DNA of 40,425 bases from Candidatus Microgenomates bacterium. Its GTDB lineage: Bacteria; Patescibacteriota; Microgenomatia; UBA8517. Shown here piece after piece: positions 1-8,338 of the stretch (positions are counted from its first letter, which is position 1; each line of letters opens with the position of its first letter). The position numbers were made by a program, and so were the translations under genes. The DNA lies in contig JBEKNE010000001.1 in assembly GCA_049523135.1 (NCBI GenBank), forward strand, positions 608,809 to 649,233, given 5' to 3'. The notes under the pieces were generated by a model, which ran no database searches, was not told the DNA's origin, and saw only the letters and a program-made list of their open reading frames with translations.

Positions 1-116
1 GCGGTGCATATGTGGTTTTTGGTCCAGGTGTGACGAATGATGATGGATCAAACTCCTTCATATACGACCAAAGTAATATACAGAGTGATGTTCAGATGTA
101 CCAAATTTGTCCTTAA
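1..116 (+). CDS. 3' end of a hypothetical protein entering from outside the window
   Basis: Frame from nt 3 reads GAYVVFGPGVTNDDGSNSFIYDQSNIQSDVQMYQICP-TAA(114-116) and is followed by a terminator-like hairpin. Confidence 0.55.
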   Translation, partial: GAYVVFGPGVTNDDGSNSFIYDQSNIQSDVQMYQICP

Positions 117-136
117 TTGACCCAAGTTTGCCCACC

Positions 137-183
137 GCCTGGGATTTTTAACTAAAAACTAAAAATCCCAGGCAAGTCTTTTT
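137..183 (+). terminator. Rho-independent terminator
   Basis: Perfect 14-bp inverted repeat GCCTGGGATTTTTA (137-150) / TAAAAATCCCAGGC (160-173), with a T-run shortly after. Confidence 0.7.
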
Positions 184-188
184 AAAAT

Positions 189-216
189 TTGACAACCAAA
201 AATATAGTGCTAAAAT
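189..216 (+). promoter_or_regulatory. Sigma70-type promoter
   Basis: TTGACA (189-194), 16 nt, then TAAAAT (211-216) with an extended -10 TG at 208-209. Confidence 0.75.
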
Positions 217-235
217 ACTTTTTTGCTATTTAAAA

Positions 236-429
236 CTTAGACCCTGGTTCCTTGCTCACCTATTTGGGTGGGCAACGAACTGAGATTTAAGGATTAGACA
301 AATTACAGTTAAATAAATCCGCTATTACCGTCAGTCACGCGACGGGATGGAGCCTCCCAAATAGAGGCCGCAGCTAAAGCGTAAACTCAGTGAGATCGAT
401 AATAAAGGGAACCGAAAGGTTCCTTTTTT
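236..429 (+). ncRNA. Candidate structured ncRNA or attenuator leader upstream of hisS (family not recognised)
   Basis: Lies between a strong promoter and a terminator. Helices: 252-260/267-275, 279-289/382-391, 291-295/316-320, 328-332/341-345, 352-356/364-368. Confidence 0.5.
404..429 (+). terminator. Intrinsic terminator just upstream of hisS
   Basis: AAAGGGAACC-GAAA-GGTTCCTTTTTT: GNRA-capped stem followed by a U-tract. Confidence 0.8.
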
Positions 430-455
430 GTTGGTTAAAGGTTAATATTAAATAT

Positions 456-1364
456 ATGCAAAGAGGACCGGTTACACCGAAAGGATTCGGAGACATAATG
501 CCCGAGGAGGCGGCTAAAAGGCGTTTTATGATAAACGCTATTGTTCCTGTGCTTGAAAAATATGGTTTTGTTCCTCTCGAAACTCCTACTGTTGAGTTTG
601 CCGAAACTCTTCTTGGAAAGTACGGTGAAGAAGAAAAGCTTGTCTATCAATTTGAGGACAAAGGTGGCAGAAAGCTGGCCTTAAGGTATGATTTGACCGT
701 TCCTCTGGCCCGCTTTGTGACCAATAATCTTGGACTTCTTAAACCGACTTTCGGTAGATACCAAATCGGACAGGTTTTTAGAGGCGAAAATCCCCAGAAA
801 GGCAGAAAGCGTGAATTTACACAATTTGACTTCGATACTGTCGGATCAAATGATGTCTCGGAAGATGTAAAAGTTATAGCCGCAGGCATCGAAGGAGCCC
901 GAGCAATCGGATTAAAGGACGCAATTATGCAGATTAATGACCGAAAGTTGTTTGATAAAATCGGTTTTTCAAAAGAGGCAGTCACGGCTATAGATAAAAT
1001 CGACAAAATTGGTAAGGATGCAGTCATCGAGCTTCTCAAAACTACTGACCTGAAAGAGGCCGAAAGAAAGTTTGAAGAATTGGAAATGGCCAAGGAAACA
1101 GATAGACTATCACAAATCTTTATAGAATTAGCAACCAGGGGTTTTGAAAAAGAGAAAGATTTTACTTTTAATCCCTACTTGGCTCGCGGACTTGACTATT
1201 ACACCTCAACTATTTTCGAACTCAAGCTCAATAAAACCCCCGGAGGGCTTTCCATAGGCGGCGGAGGGCGCTATGACAATCTCATTGGCGTCTTTGCGGG
1301 GCGCGATATTCCCGCTGTCGGATTTTCATTCGGAATTGACCGGATAATAGATCTTCTTCCCTGA
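456..1364 (+). CDS. hisS: Histidyl-tRNA synthetase, catalytic domain only (302 aa)
   Basis: PKGFGD N-terminus, LRYDLTVP, motif 2 FRGENPQKGRKREFTQ, HisA loop RGLDYY, HisB GGGRYD, motif 3 GFSFGIDR. Start moved to ATG 456 because the ORF-track start lies upstream of the terminator. Confidence 0.85.
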   Translation: MQRGPVTPKGFGDIMPEEAAKRRFMINAIVPVLEKYGFVPLETPTVEFAETLLGKYGEEEKLVYQFEDKGGRKLALRYDLTVPLARFVTNNLGLLKPTFGRYQIGQVFRGENPQKGRKREFTQFDFDTVGSNDVSEDVKVIAAGIEGARAIGLKDAIMQINDRKLFDKIGFSKEAVTAIDKIDKIGKDAVIELLKTTDLKEAERKFEELEMAKETDRLSQIFIELATRGFEKEKDFTFNPYLARGLDYYTSTIFELKLNKTPGGLSIGGGGRYDNLIGVFAGRDIPAVGFSFGIDRIIDLLP

Positions 1365-1406
1365 TCCCTAATTGAAAATTGTTAATTGATACTTGATAAT
1401 TGTTGT

Positions 1407-2315
1407 ATGAATCCTGCCCGAAAGCGCGCCTATGTCGAACTTCTTGTTATTGCGATTGTTTGGGGAATAGCTACTCCGATCATTAAATATACCTTGGGGG
1501 GCTTTTCTCCTGCCGTATTTTTAACCTACCGTTTCTTTATTTCAACAATAGTCGCACTGATAATATTTACCTTTACCGGTTTTAAGTTCCCCAAAAATCC
1601 GAAAATATTCGGCGTAGTCCTATTAAACGGTTTTTTAATTACAACAGTTTCTTTGGGACTGCTTTTTTTAGGAACCGCAAAAACAACCTCAATAAACTCA
1701 AATATTATTTCTGCAACAGCCCCCATTATGATTGCTATTGCGGCTGTGTTCTTTCTTAAGGAGCATATTACAAAAAGAGAAAGTATAGGCATTTTAATAG
1801 CCTTAAGCGGAACTTTAATCACAATTATTGAACCTTTATATACACCTCAATCTGGCTTTGGAGAATTAACCGGAAATTTACTGGTTTTTGCCGCAGTAAT
1901 CGTAACTACCGCCACTGCCGTTATTGCCAAAATAATTCTCAGAGATAATGTTGACGCCCTTTTTGCAACTAATATTTCCTTCATTGTTGGTTTTATAACA
2001 ATGCTTCCTTTTTCTCTTCCTCAAATTCTAAATTCCGGATTTAAGGACATAACTTCGGTCCCCCTTTCTTATCATCTTGGAGTTTTTTATATGGCTATTA
2101 TTTCAGGCACTCTTGGATATTATCTCTGGCACAAAGCCGAGAAAACTATTGAAATCAGTGAGGTGAATCTGGTTGCTTACCTTTATCCCGTTTTTGGTAC
2201 TCCCCTTTCAGTACTCTGGCTGGGAGAAAAAATAACCCCGTTTTTCGTTATCGGAGCCGTTGTCATAGCCTCCGGCGTCATTCTTGCCGAATGGAAGAAA
2301 AGACGATATAATTGA
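1407..2315 (+). CDS. DMT/EamA family transporter
   Basis: About 10 hydrophobic segments in two EamA-like halves (IVWG...; FFLKEHI; LWLGEKI). ATG 1407 preferred over the TTG start. Confidence 0.9.
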   Translation: MNPARKRAYVELLVIAIVWGIATPIIKYTLGGFSPAVFLTYRFFISTIVALIIFTFTGFKFPKNPKIFGVVLLNGFLITTVSLGLLFLGTAKTTSINSNIISATAPIMIAIAAVFFLKEHITKRESIGILIALSGTLITIIEPLYTPQSGFGELTGNLLVFAAVIVTTATAVIAKIILRDNVDALFATNISFIVGFITMLPFSLPQILNSGFKDITSVPLSYHLGVFYMAIISGTLGYYLWHKAEKTIEISEVNLVAYLYPVFGTPLSVLWLGEKITPFFVIGAVVIASGVILAEWKKRRYN

Positions 2316-2325
2316 CGTTCAATAT

Positions 2326-2634
2326 ATGAAAACCGCAATTCATCCAAAGTGGTACCCGGAAGCCAAAGTAATCTGTGCCTGTGGAAATACCTTCACGGTA
2401 GGCGCAACTGTGCCCGAAATACATGTTGAACTTTGCTACAATTGCCATCCTTTCTATACCGGACAAATGAAATTTGTTAATACGGGAGGAAGAGTTGATG
2501 CTTTCAAGGCTAGGGTGAAGGGCGCTACAAAACATATATCTAAAACTGAAAAGAGAAAGGCTAAAAAGGAAAGAAAACTTCAGGAAGAGGCCGGAAGGCC
2601 TGAGTCACTTGCTGAACTACGTAAGCAAGCGTAA
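2326..2634 (+). CDS. rpmE: 50S ribosomal protein bL31 (Zn-binding type) with basic C-terminal extension
   Basis: MKTAIHPKW, CACG, CYNCHPFYTG, GGRVDAF; sits upstream of prfA as usual. Confidence 0.95.
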   Translation: MKTAIHPKWYPEAKVICACGNTFTVGATVPEIHVELCYNCHPFYTGQMKFVNTGGRVDAFKARVKGATKHISKTEKRKAKKERKLQEEAGRPESLAELRKQA

Positions 2635-2639
2635 TTTAG

Positions 2640-3335
2640 ATGGAAAATCAAATAGTATTTCTTGAAATCAGGGGTGCCACAGGGGGTGACGAAGCTAAAC
2701 TCTGGGGGCAGGACCTTCTTAGAATGTACTCCCGCTTCTCTCTCAAAAAGAACTGGAAAGTTTCTCAAGTTGCCGATAACACGCTCAAAATTTCAGGTAC
2801 CGGTGTTTTTGACAGCCTCAAAAACGAATCGGGCGTCCATAGGGTTCAGAGGGTTCCCGTAACCGAAAAGCGCGGCAGAATTCAGACTTCTACGGCTACA
2901 GTTGTGGTACTTCCCGAAATTAAAGAAACCGAAGTTCAGATTAATCCCAATGATCTTGAGTGGCAATTTACGCGTGCAGGAGGTCACGGAGGCCAGAATG
3001 TTAATAAAGTCTCAACCGCAGTCAGGTTGGTTCATAAACCCACCGGTACCGTCGTAGAAGCCCGCGAGGAGAGGTTTCAGGAGCAGAATAGACAAATAGC
3101 GCTCTCGCTCCTCCGGTCCCGTCTTTGGGAGCGTCAGGAAGCCGAAAAGTTACGCACGGTTGCAGGCTACAGGTCAGTAATAGGTAGGGGTATGAGATCA
3201 GAAAAAATCCGCACTTATAACTTCCCTCAGGATAGGGTCACAGACCACAGAATCGGAAAAAGCTGGGGAAAACTTGAGACTATTATGGATGGCGACCTCG
3301 ATCGTGTTATCGAACTGACCAAGAGCGTTCAGTAA
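2640..3335 (+). CDS. prfA: Peptide chain release factor 1, N-terminally truncated (231 aa)
   Basis: [25 protein letters not shown] (PxT = RF1), [27 protein letters not shown]. Confidence 0.92.
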   Translation: MENQIVFLEIRGATGGDEAKLWGQDLLRMYSRFSLKKNWKVSQVADNTLKISGTGVFDSLKNESGVHRVQRVPVTEKRGRIQTSTATVVVLPEIKETEVQINPNDLEWQFTRAGGHGGQNVNKVSTAVRLVHKPTGTVVEAREERFQEQNRQIALSLLRSRLWERQEAEKLRTVAGYRSVIGRGMRSEKIRTYNFPQDRVTDHRIGKSWGKLETIMDGDLDRVIELTKSVQ

Positions 3336-3336
3336 A

Positions 3337-4479
3337 TTATTGAGGAGATTCGGTAAGCGTAACTTTTATTTCCTTTGAAGCGCTATTCCTCCAAATCTCA
3401 AGAGTCAGGGTATCACCAGGCTTTTTACCAGAAACCAGATCTCCCAAACTTGTAGAAGTACTATTCAAAGAATTTCCGTCAATTTTGTAAATGATGTCGC
3501 CTACTGCCACACCGGCTTTTTCAGCAGGAGATCCCGATACAATACTGACTACATAAGCCCCTTGCGGAACCTGATTTAAAAGCGCAACCTGCTGAGTAAG
3601 CATCTGATATTCAACTCCCAGATACGCTTTTGCCGGAAACTTGCCGGTTGCTTTAAAAGTATTTAAATCATCATTGACCGTACTTATCGGAATCGAAAAA
3701 GCAATGTTATTAGCGCCCTGGGCGACCGCAACATTGATTCCTATCACCTGACCGGCAGAGTTTAAAAGAGGCCCACCGGAATTACCCGGATTAATTGCCG
3801 CATCGGTTTGAATTACATCATCAAGACGCTCAACATAGCCCTGATAGTTGGTTCCCGCATCAATTCCCCTACCCAAGCCCGAAATGACTCCTGTTGTAAC
3901 GGTATTTCTAAACTCTCCAAGAGCGGTTCCTATCGCAATAACAAATTGACCAACCTGCAGATTGCTCGAATCCCCAAGTTCAACAGGGGTAAGACCTGTC
4001 GCGTCGACTTTCAAAACAGCAATATCATTATCCGGATCACGACTTACTTCTTTTACTTCATAGGTTTTGCCGTCGGAAGTCGAAACCTTATAACTCAAAG
4101 TTGTATCGGCAACAACATGCTTATTTGTAACAATTAAACCGTCTGAAGAAACAATAAATCCGCTGCCAATATCTTGTGATGTACCTCCCTGAGTTCCTTG
4201 AGTAAAACCTCCAAATGGAGAAAACTGAATCACTTGCTGGACAGGGGCTGTTGCCGAAACGGTTACAACCGACGGCCCGACATTTTTAACAACATCGATA
4301 ACGTCGCTGTCCTCTGTGACAACTTTTTGCTGAACACTAATTGGGGGCTTGGGGAAAAATTTGTCCAAAGGTTTAAAATCAAAAAATCTATCGGCAACAA
4401 AACCGGCGGAAACTCCAATTACTACAATAAGAAGTATTCCTATTACAATCAACAATCTTTTTATCGGAAGTTTTTTCAT
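3337..4479 (-). CDS. htrA: HtrA/DegP-like serine protease (TM, trypsin, one PDZ)
   Basis: GSGFIV, TNKHVV, DIAVLK, QTDAAINPGNSGGPL, C-terminal PDZ (SPAEKAG...GD). Confidence 0.93.
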   Translation of the reverse strand: MKKLPIKRLLIVIGILLIVVIGVSAGFVADRFFDFKPLDKFFPKPPISVQQKVVTEDSDVIDVVKNVGPSVVTVSATAPVQQVIQFSPFGGFTQGTQGGTSQDIGSGFIVSSDGLIVTNKHVVADTTLSYKVSTSDGKTYEVKEVSRDPDNDIAVLKVDATGLTPVELGDSSNLQVGQFVIAIGTALGEFRNTVTTGVISGLGRGIDAGTNYQGYVERLDDVIQTDAAINPGNSGGPLLNSAGQVIGINVAVAQGANNIAFSIPISTVNDDLNTFKATGKFPAKAYLGVEYQMLTQQVALLNQVPQGAYVVSIVSGSPAEKAGVAVGDIIYKIDGNSLNSTSTSLGDLVSGKKPGDTLTLEIWRNSASKEIKVTLTESPQ

Positions 4480-4504
4480 TACTCTATTTTATTAACACTT
4501 TTTT

Positions 4505-4521
4505 CTTAAAAAATCCTTAAA
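4505..4521 (-). promoter_or_regulatory. TTTAAG-N5-TTTAAG direct repeat upstream of htrA (possible OmpR-family box)
   Basis: Minus strand reads TTTAAG gattt TTTAAG, 13 nt upstream of a TAAAAT -10. Confidence 0.4.
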
Positions 4522-4525
4522 AAAT

Positions 4526-5764
4526 TTACTGGAAAAGTTTGATGGCTGCATTCAATTGATCATCAACTGTTGAATTGTCGCTATTGGCAACAGCCACATC
4601 CGGCGTTAACCCTTTTCCGTGTACCCACGTTCCGTCCGGAGTCAGCCACTTTGCTATCGTAATATGAAGACCGGCGCCTCCCGGAATATCCTCGGGGTCC
4701 TGGATAGTCCCCTTACCGAAACTTTTATCCCCAACAAGCTTAATTCCCCGATCATCACGAAGAGCCCCAGATAAAATCTCAGAAGCAGAAGCACTTCCCC
4801 CATTTATAAGAACCACAACTTTATAATTCATCAGGCGCTGATGAAGATCTTCGGAAGGTGTTGAAGTTTTAGTTCCGTCTCCGTCCTGCTGAATCACAAC
4901 GGTTGTACCCGAAGAAATAAAATCAGAGGCAATATCAACTGCCGACTGCATATACCCGCCCGGATTATTTCTTAAATCAATAATAATTCCTTTTGCATCC
5001 CCTTTTTGCAAAACCTGCGTAACCGTCTTACTCCACTCGTCTGTTGTTTCCGCACCGAATTCACTTATCTTTATATCGGCAATGTCGGATCCGCTCCCAA
5101 CCCAACTTAGGCTAACTGACGGAACATTAATTTTTGCACGGGTTATTTCGGCAACAATCGGTTTGGGATCAGTTCCTCTCATTAAAGTTAAACTTACTTT
5201 TGTTCCGGCCGGTCCCTTAATATCCGTAACCGCCTCATCAATCCCAAGTCCCGTAGTATCAACATCCAATCCTTTTTGTGTATCGGTAATATGAGTAATG
5301 TAGTCTCCCGCCTTAACTCCTGCCGCTTCTGCAGGAGAACCGGTTAATGGAGCTATGACAACAAGCTTCGAATCTTTGATGCCAATTTCAATTCCGACTC
5401 CTTCAAAGGAACCGCTTAAGTTATCGTTAACAATTTTATTTTCGGAGGCCGGTAGATACATTGTGTAAGGGTCCCCCAAGGCCGATACCATTCCCTCAAT
5501 TGCACCGTCAACCATTTGGGAAGGAACCAGTTTACTTTTGTCGTAGTATTTATCCGACAAATCTTTCCAGACAGTCCAAAAAAGATCCATATTAGCATTA
5601 ACATCCGGAGGAGTTGCCTGATTAATGGAAATCTGAAGAGCTTTTGTAATTTGCAGCTGATATCCCTTAACTCCCAGGTAGTAGCCCCCGGCAAAGATTC
5701 CGACAGCAAAAATTACAACTAAAATTAAATTACGCACCTTATTAAAACCCACTTTAATATGCAT
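4526..5764 (-). CDS. ctpA: S41 C-terminal processing protease
   Basis: LGDPYT, PDZ, DLRNNPGG, SASASEILSGAL, GDKSFGKG. ATG 5764 preferred (TATCAT 7 nt upstream). Confidence 0.93.
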   Translation of the reverse strand: MHIKVGFNKVRNLILVVIFAVGIFAGGYYLGVKGYQLQITKALQISINQATPPDVNANMDLFWTVWKDLSDKYYDKSKLVPSQMVDGAIEGMVSALGDPYTMYLPASENKIVNDNLSGSFEGVGIEIGIKDSKLVVIAPLTGSPAEAAGVKAGDYITHITDTQKGLDVDTTGLGIDEAVTDIKGPAGTKVSLTLMRGTDPKPIVAEITRAKINVPSVSLSWVGSGSDIADIKISEFGAETTDEWSKTVTQVLQKGDAKGIIIDLRNNPGGYMQSAVDIASDFISSGTTVVIQQDGDGTKTSTPSEDLHQRLMNYKVVVLINGGSASASEILSGALRDDRGIKLVGDKSFGKGTIQDPEDIPGGAGLHITIAKWLTPDGTWVHGKGLTPDVAVANSDNSTVDDQLNAAIKLFQ

Positions 5765-5803
5765 ATCAAAGATGATACTCGGTGAAAAGGGCTGACTCAA
5801 GCA

Positions 5804-6061
5804 TCAGATTTGAGGAACAAACGGAAGAAGTCCTAAATGTCTTGCACGCTTAATAGCCAAACTTACTCTCCTTTGGTGCTTGGCACAAAGTCCGGTTCTG
5901 TCTTTTCCCAAAACCTTGGCACGGTCACTCATATACTTTGACAACGTATCAACCTCTTTGTAATCAGGGGTAGTTCCTGTTTTGCAAAAAGGACAATTTA
6001 CCGCTACCGGCTCTTCTTTAATAATTCTTCTTCTTTTTTTATTGTCTTTTTTCTTTGCCAT
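5804..6061 (-). CDS. rpsR: 30S ribosomal protein bS18
   Basis: CPFC, DYK, RTGLCAKHQR, AIKRARHLGLLPF. Confidence 0.97.
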   Translation of the reverse strand: MAKKKDNKKRRRIIKEEPVAVNCPFCKTGTTPDYKEVDTLSKYMSDRAKVLGKDRTGLCAKHQRRVSLAIKRARHLGLLPFVPQI

Positions 6062-6564
6062 TAAAATGGAATATCTTCCTCGTTTGGTTCCTCAGCTTTT
6101 TTCTCTTCCGGTTTTTCCTCATCGGCTTTCTTTAATTTCTTAGCCGGTTTTTCAGCAATTTCTTCGGGGGCTACCTGTGGTTCAATTCCCGCTTCCGGAA
6201 TTTCAATTCCGCCATCTTCAGGGTTATCACTCTTTTTGTCCAGTATGACCATATCGCTTATAACAACTTCCGTTCTTTGTTTTTGTGTTCCGTCCTGCCC
6301 TTGCCAGCTTCTGGTAGAAAGTCTGCCTTCAACGTAAACTTTTTTGCCTTTTTTAAGAAGCTGTGCACAAATTTCGGCCAATTTATTCCAGGCTACAATA
6401 TTATGGAATTCGGCATCTTCCTTTTTCTCGCCGCTTTCGGTTGTCCAGCTTCTATTCGTGGCAACTCCAAAGGTACAAACCGCGGTTCCTTGAGGTGTAT
6501 AGCGCATTTCAGGATCCCTAGTGAGGTTTCCTATGAGCATTACTTTATTTAAACTTCGTGCCAT
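6061..6564 (-). CDS. ssb: Single-stranded DNA-binding protein
   Basis: SLNKVMLIGNLTRDPE OB fold, acidic tail ending EDIPF. Confidence 0.98.
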   Translation of the reverse strand: MARSLNKVMLIGNLTRDPEMRYTPQGTAVCTFGVATNRSWTTESGEKKEDAEFHNIVAWNKLAEICAQLLKKGKKVYVEGRLSTRSWQGQDGTQKQRTEVVISDMVILDKKSDNPEDGGIEIPEAGIEPQVAPEEIAEKPAKKLKKADEEKPEEKKAEEPNEEDIPF

Positions 6565-6566
6565 TT

Positions 6567-6854
6567 TTATTTTTCTTTTCTGATCAGGAGGTACCTGATA
6601 AGGTCCGGGTTCGTTCTTAATTTTTCATTTAACGCCTTTACGCCTTTCCCGTCAAGTTCAAGCTCAAAAAAGAGGTAAAGCCCTGTTTCGCTTTTGCCGA
6701 TTTTATAGGCCAGCTCTTTTACTCCCCACTCTTTTGATTCCTTAATTGCTCCCTTAAAAATCTTAAGAGTTTTTTCCATCGCCTCGGTAATTCTTTTCTT
6801 TTTGGCGGCCCCCGCTTTGCCGTCTAGTACCAAAGTCAGTTCATATTTATTCAT
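6567..6854 (-). CDS. rpsF: 30S ribosomal protein bS6
   Basis: MNKYEL, WGVKELAYKI, IRYLLIR; rpsF-ssb-rpsR order. Confidence 0.96.
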   Translation of the reverse strand: MNKYELTLVLDGKAGAAKKKRITEAMEKTLKIFKGAIKESKEWGVKELAYKIGKSETGLYLFFELELDGKGVKALNEKLRTNPDLIRYLLIRKEK

Positions 6855-6863
6855 AGCCTCGTT

Positions 6864-6892
6864 ATTATAAATTAGAAATCACTTTTTGGCAA
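6864..6892 (-). promoter_or_regulatory. Sigma70 promoter of rpsF-ssb-rpsR
   Basis: TTGCCA, 17 nt, TATAAT; 9 nt upstream of the ATG. Confidence 0.75.
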
Positions 6893-6953
6893 TCGGAATC
6901 GGAGGCTGGGCTAAATTTTGATATTTTAAATCGGTGTAGTAAACTGCTTCAGA

Positions 6954-7199
6954 ATGGAAAGGGTACCGAGTAGCGATTTAGATTGTAGAGAGCATTGTCC
7001 GTTTGTCCGGCCCGGTCACGAAAGGCCCTGTGGTACCGGAAAAACACCTGGATTTGAGTGCGATAAAGCCCAGCAGGAGGTTAAAAGAATACTTCCGTCA
7101 TCGACTTCAATTTCCCCATGCGGAGAGATTGTTTTAATTTACAGAGGTCATAAGAGACTTGGAACCTTATCTGACGGAACTATCATAATGACAAGATAA
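6954..7199 (+). CDS. Small Cys-rich hypothetical protein
   Basis: 81-aa ORF filling the rpsF-ychF gap; five Cys; TAAACT 8 nt before ATG. Confidence 0.55.
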   Translation: MERVPSSDLDCREHCPFVRPGHERPCGTGKTPGFECDKAQQEVKRILPSSTSISPCGEIVLIYRGHKRLGTLSDGTIIMTR

Positions 7200-7213
7200 A
7201 TCAGTTTTTTATC

Positions 7214-8320
7214 TTAAGTCCCGATCTTGAACTCAACCACTTCTCCGTCTTTCATTATATAGTCCCGGCCTTCCGAGCGGACCTTTCCTGCATCCCGCAC
7301 GGCTTTCCAGCCGCCAAGAGAAACAAAGTCATCAAAAGCTACAATATCGGCTTTAATAAAATTCTTAATAAAATCCGTGTGGATAACTCCCGCGGCTTCC
7401 TGGGCATTAATTCCTGCCGGAATTGTCCAAGCACGAACTTCCTTCTCCCCTGCCGTCAAAAATGTGATTAGGCCAAGTGTGGCAAAGGCTTTTTGGATAA
7501 GTCTTTCAAGTCCTGACTTTTTAATACCAAGGTCCTGCATATAAACTTTCTGGTCCTCGTTGGAAAGCTCGGAAAGTTCCGACTCGGTCTTGGCGCAAAT
7601 CGCCACAATCTGGTTTTTATTAACTTTAAATTCCTCAGCGTATTTTGACTCAATATCGTATGCATCTTTAAGCGTGTCTTCATCGACATTCAAAACAATC
7701 AAAATCGGCTTGAAGGTAAGAAGGCTTAAACTCTTAGAGATTTTTTCTTCCTCTTCGGTTAAACCCGCTTCCCGCGCCGGAATCCCCTTTTGCAGAGCGT
7801 CTTTGAGTTTTGTAACAACCGCCCACCATCTGATTAAATCCTTATCGGGAGTATTACCCGGATCCTTTTGCTTCTCCAAAGTTTGATAGTCAGCAAGTTT
7901 CAATTCCGTTTCCACTACTTCAAAATCGGTTTTGGGGTCTGTCACACCTTGTTTGATAATGTCGGGGTCGGTAAAAGCCCTGACGACATGGCAAACTGCA
8001 GAAGTTTCCCTAATGTGACTTAAAAATTTATTTCCAAGTCCTTCCCCTTTTGAAGCCCCGGCAATGAGACCTGCAATATCAACAAACTCAACAGTTGCAG
8101 GAACTTCGGGAGGCAGACTTATCATATTCTCAGCCTTTTTTGTTACTTCGGCAAGTTTCGTTAGACGTTCATCAGGAACAGGAACTACTCCGATATTCGG
8201 TTCAATTGTGGCAAAAGGGAAATTGGCAACATACGCCTGCTGCTTTTTAAGAAGCGCATTAAAAAGTGTAGATTTTCCTACGTTTGGTAAACCTACGATC
8301 CCACAAGAAAGTTGACCCAT
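7214..8320 (-). CDS. ychF: Obg-like ATPase YchF
   Basis: GIVGLPNVGKSTLFNAL, ANFPFATIEPN, DIAGL, GEGLGNKFL, TGS tail EGRDYIMKDG. Confidence 0.97.
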   Translation of the reverse strand: MGQLSCGIVGLPNVGKSTLFNALLKKQQAYVANFPFATIEPNIGVVPVPDERLTKLAEVTKKAENMISLPPEVPATVEFVDIAGLIAGASKGEGLGNKFLSHIRETSAVCHVVRAFTDPDIIKQGVTDPKTDFEVVETELKLADYQTLEKQKDPGNTPDKDLIRWWAVVTKLKDALQKGIPAREAGLTEEEEKISKSLSLLTFKPILIVLNVDEDTLKDAYDIESKYAEEFKVNKNQIVAICAKTESELSELSNEDQKVYMQDLGIKKSGLERLIQKAFATLGLITFLTAGEKEVRAWTIPAGINAQEAAGVIHTDFIKNFIKADIVAFDDFVSLGGWKAVRDAGKVRSEGRDYIMKDGEVVEFKIGT

Positions 8321-8338
8321 GACTAGATTTTAACATAC

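Noticed and set aside
262-278. T-box-like GGGTGGGCAACG in the hisS leader
   Set aside because: It lies near the 5' end with no Stem I upstream, the bulge length is wrong, and the terminator is about 130 nt away
340-385. Fluoride-riboswitch-like GATGGAG and tmRNA-tag-like AAAKA-stop
   Set aside because: The 3' pseudoknot partner and tRNA-like ends are absent; partial chance matches
456-1364. HisZ instead of HisRS
   Set aside because: Full RGLDYY loop and motif 2 are retained and no his biosynthesis genes are nearby; not fully excluded without phylogeny
2630-2645. Readthrough fusion of bL31 to RF1
   Set aside because: The 5-nt gap puts them out of frame and no slippery site is evident
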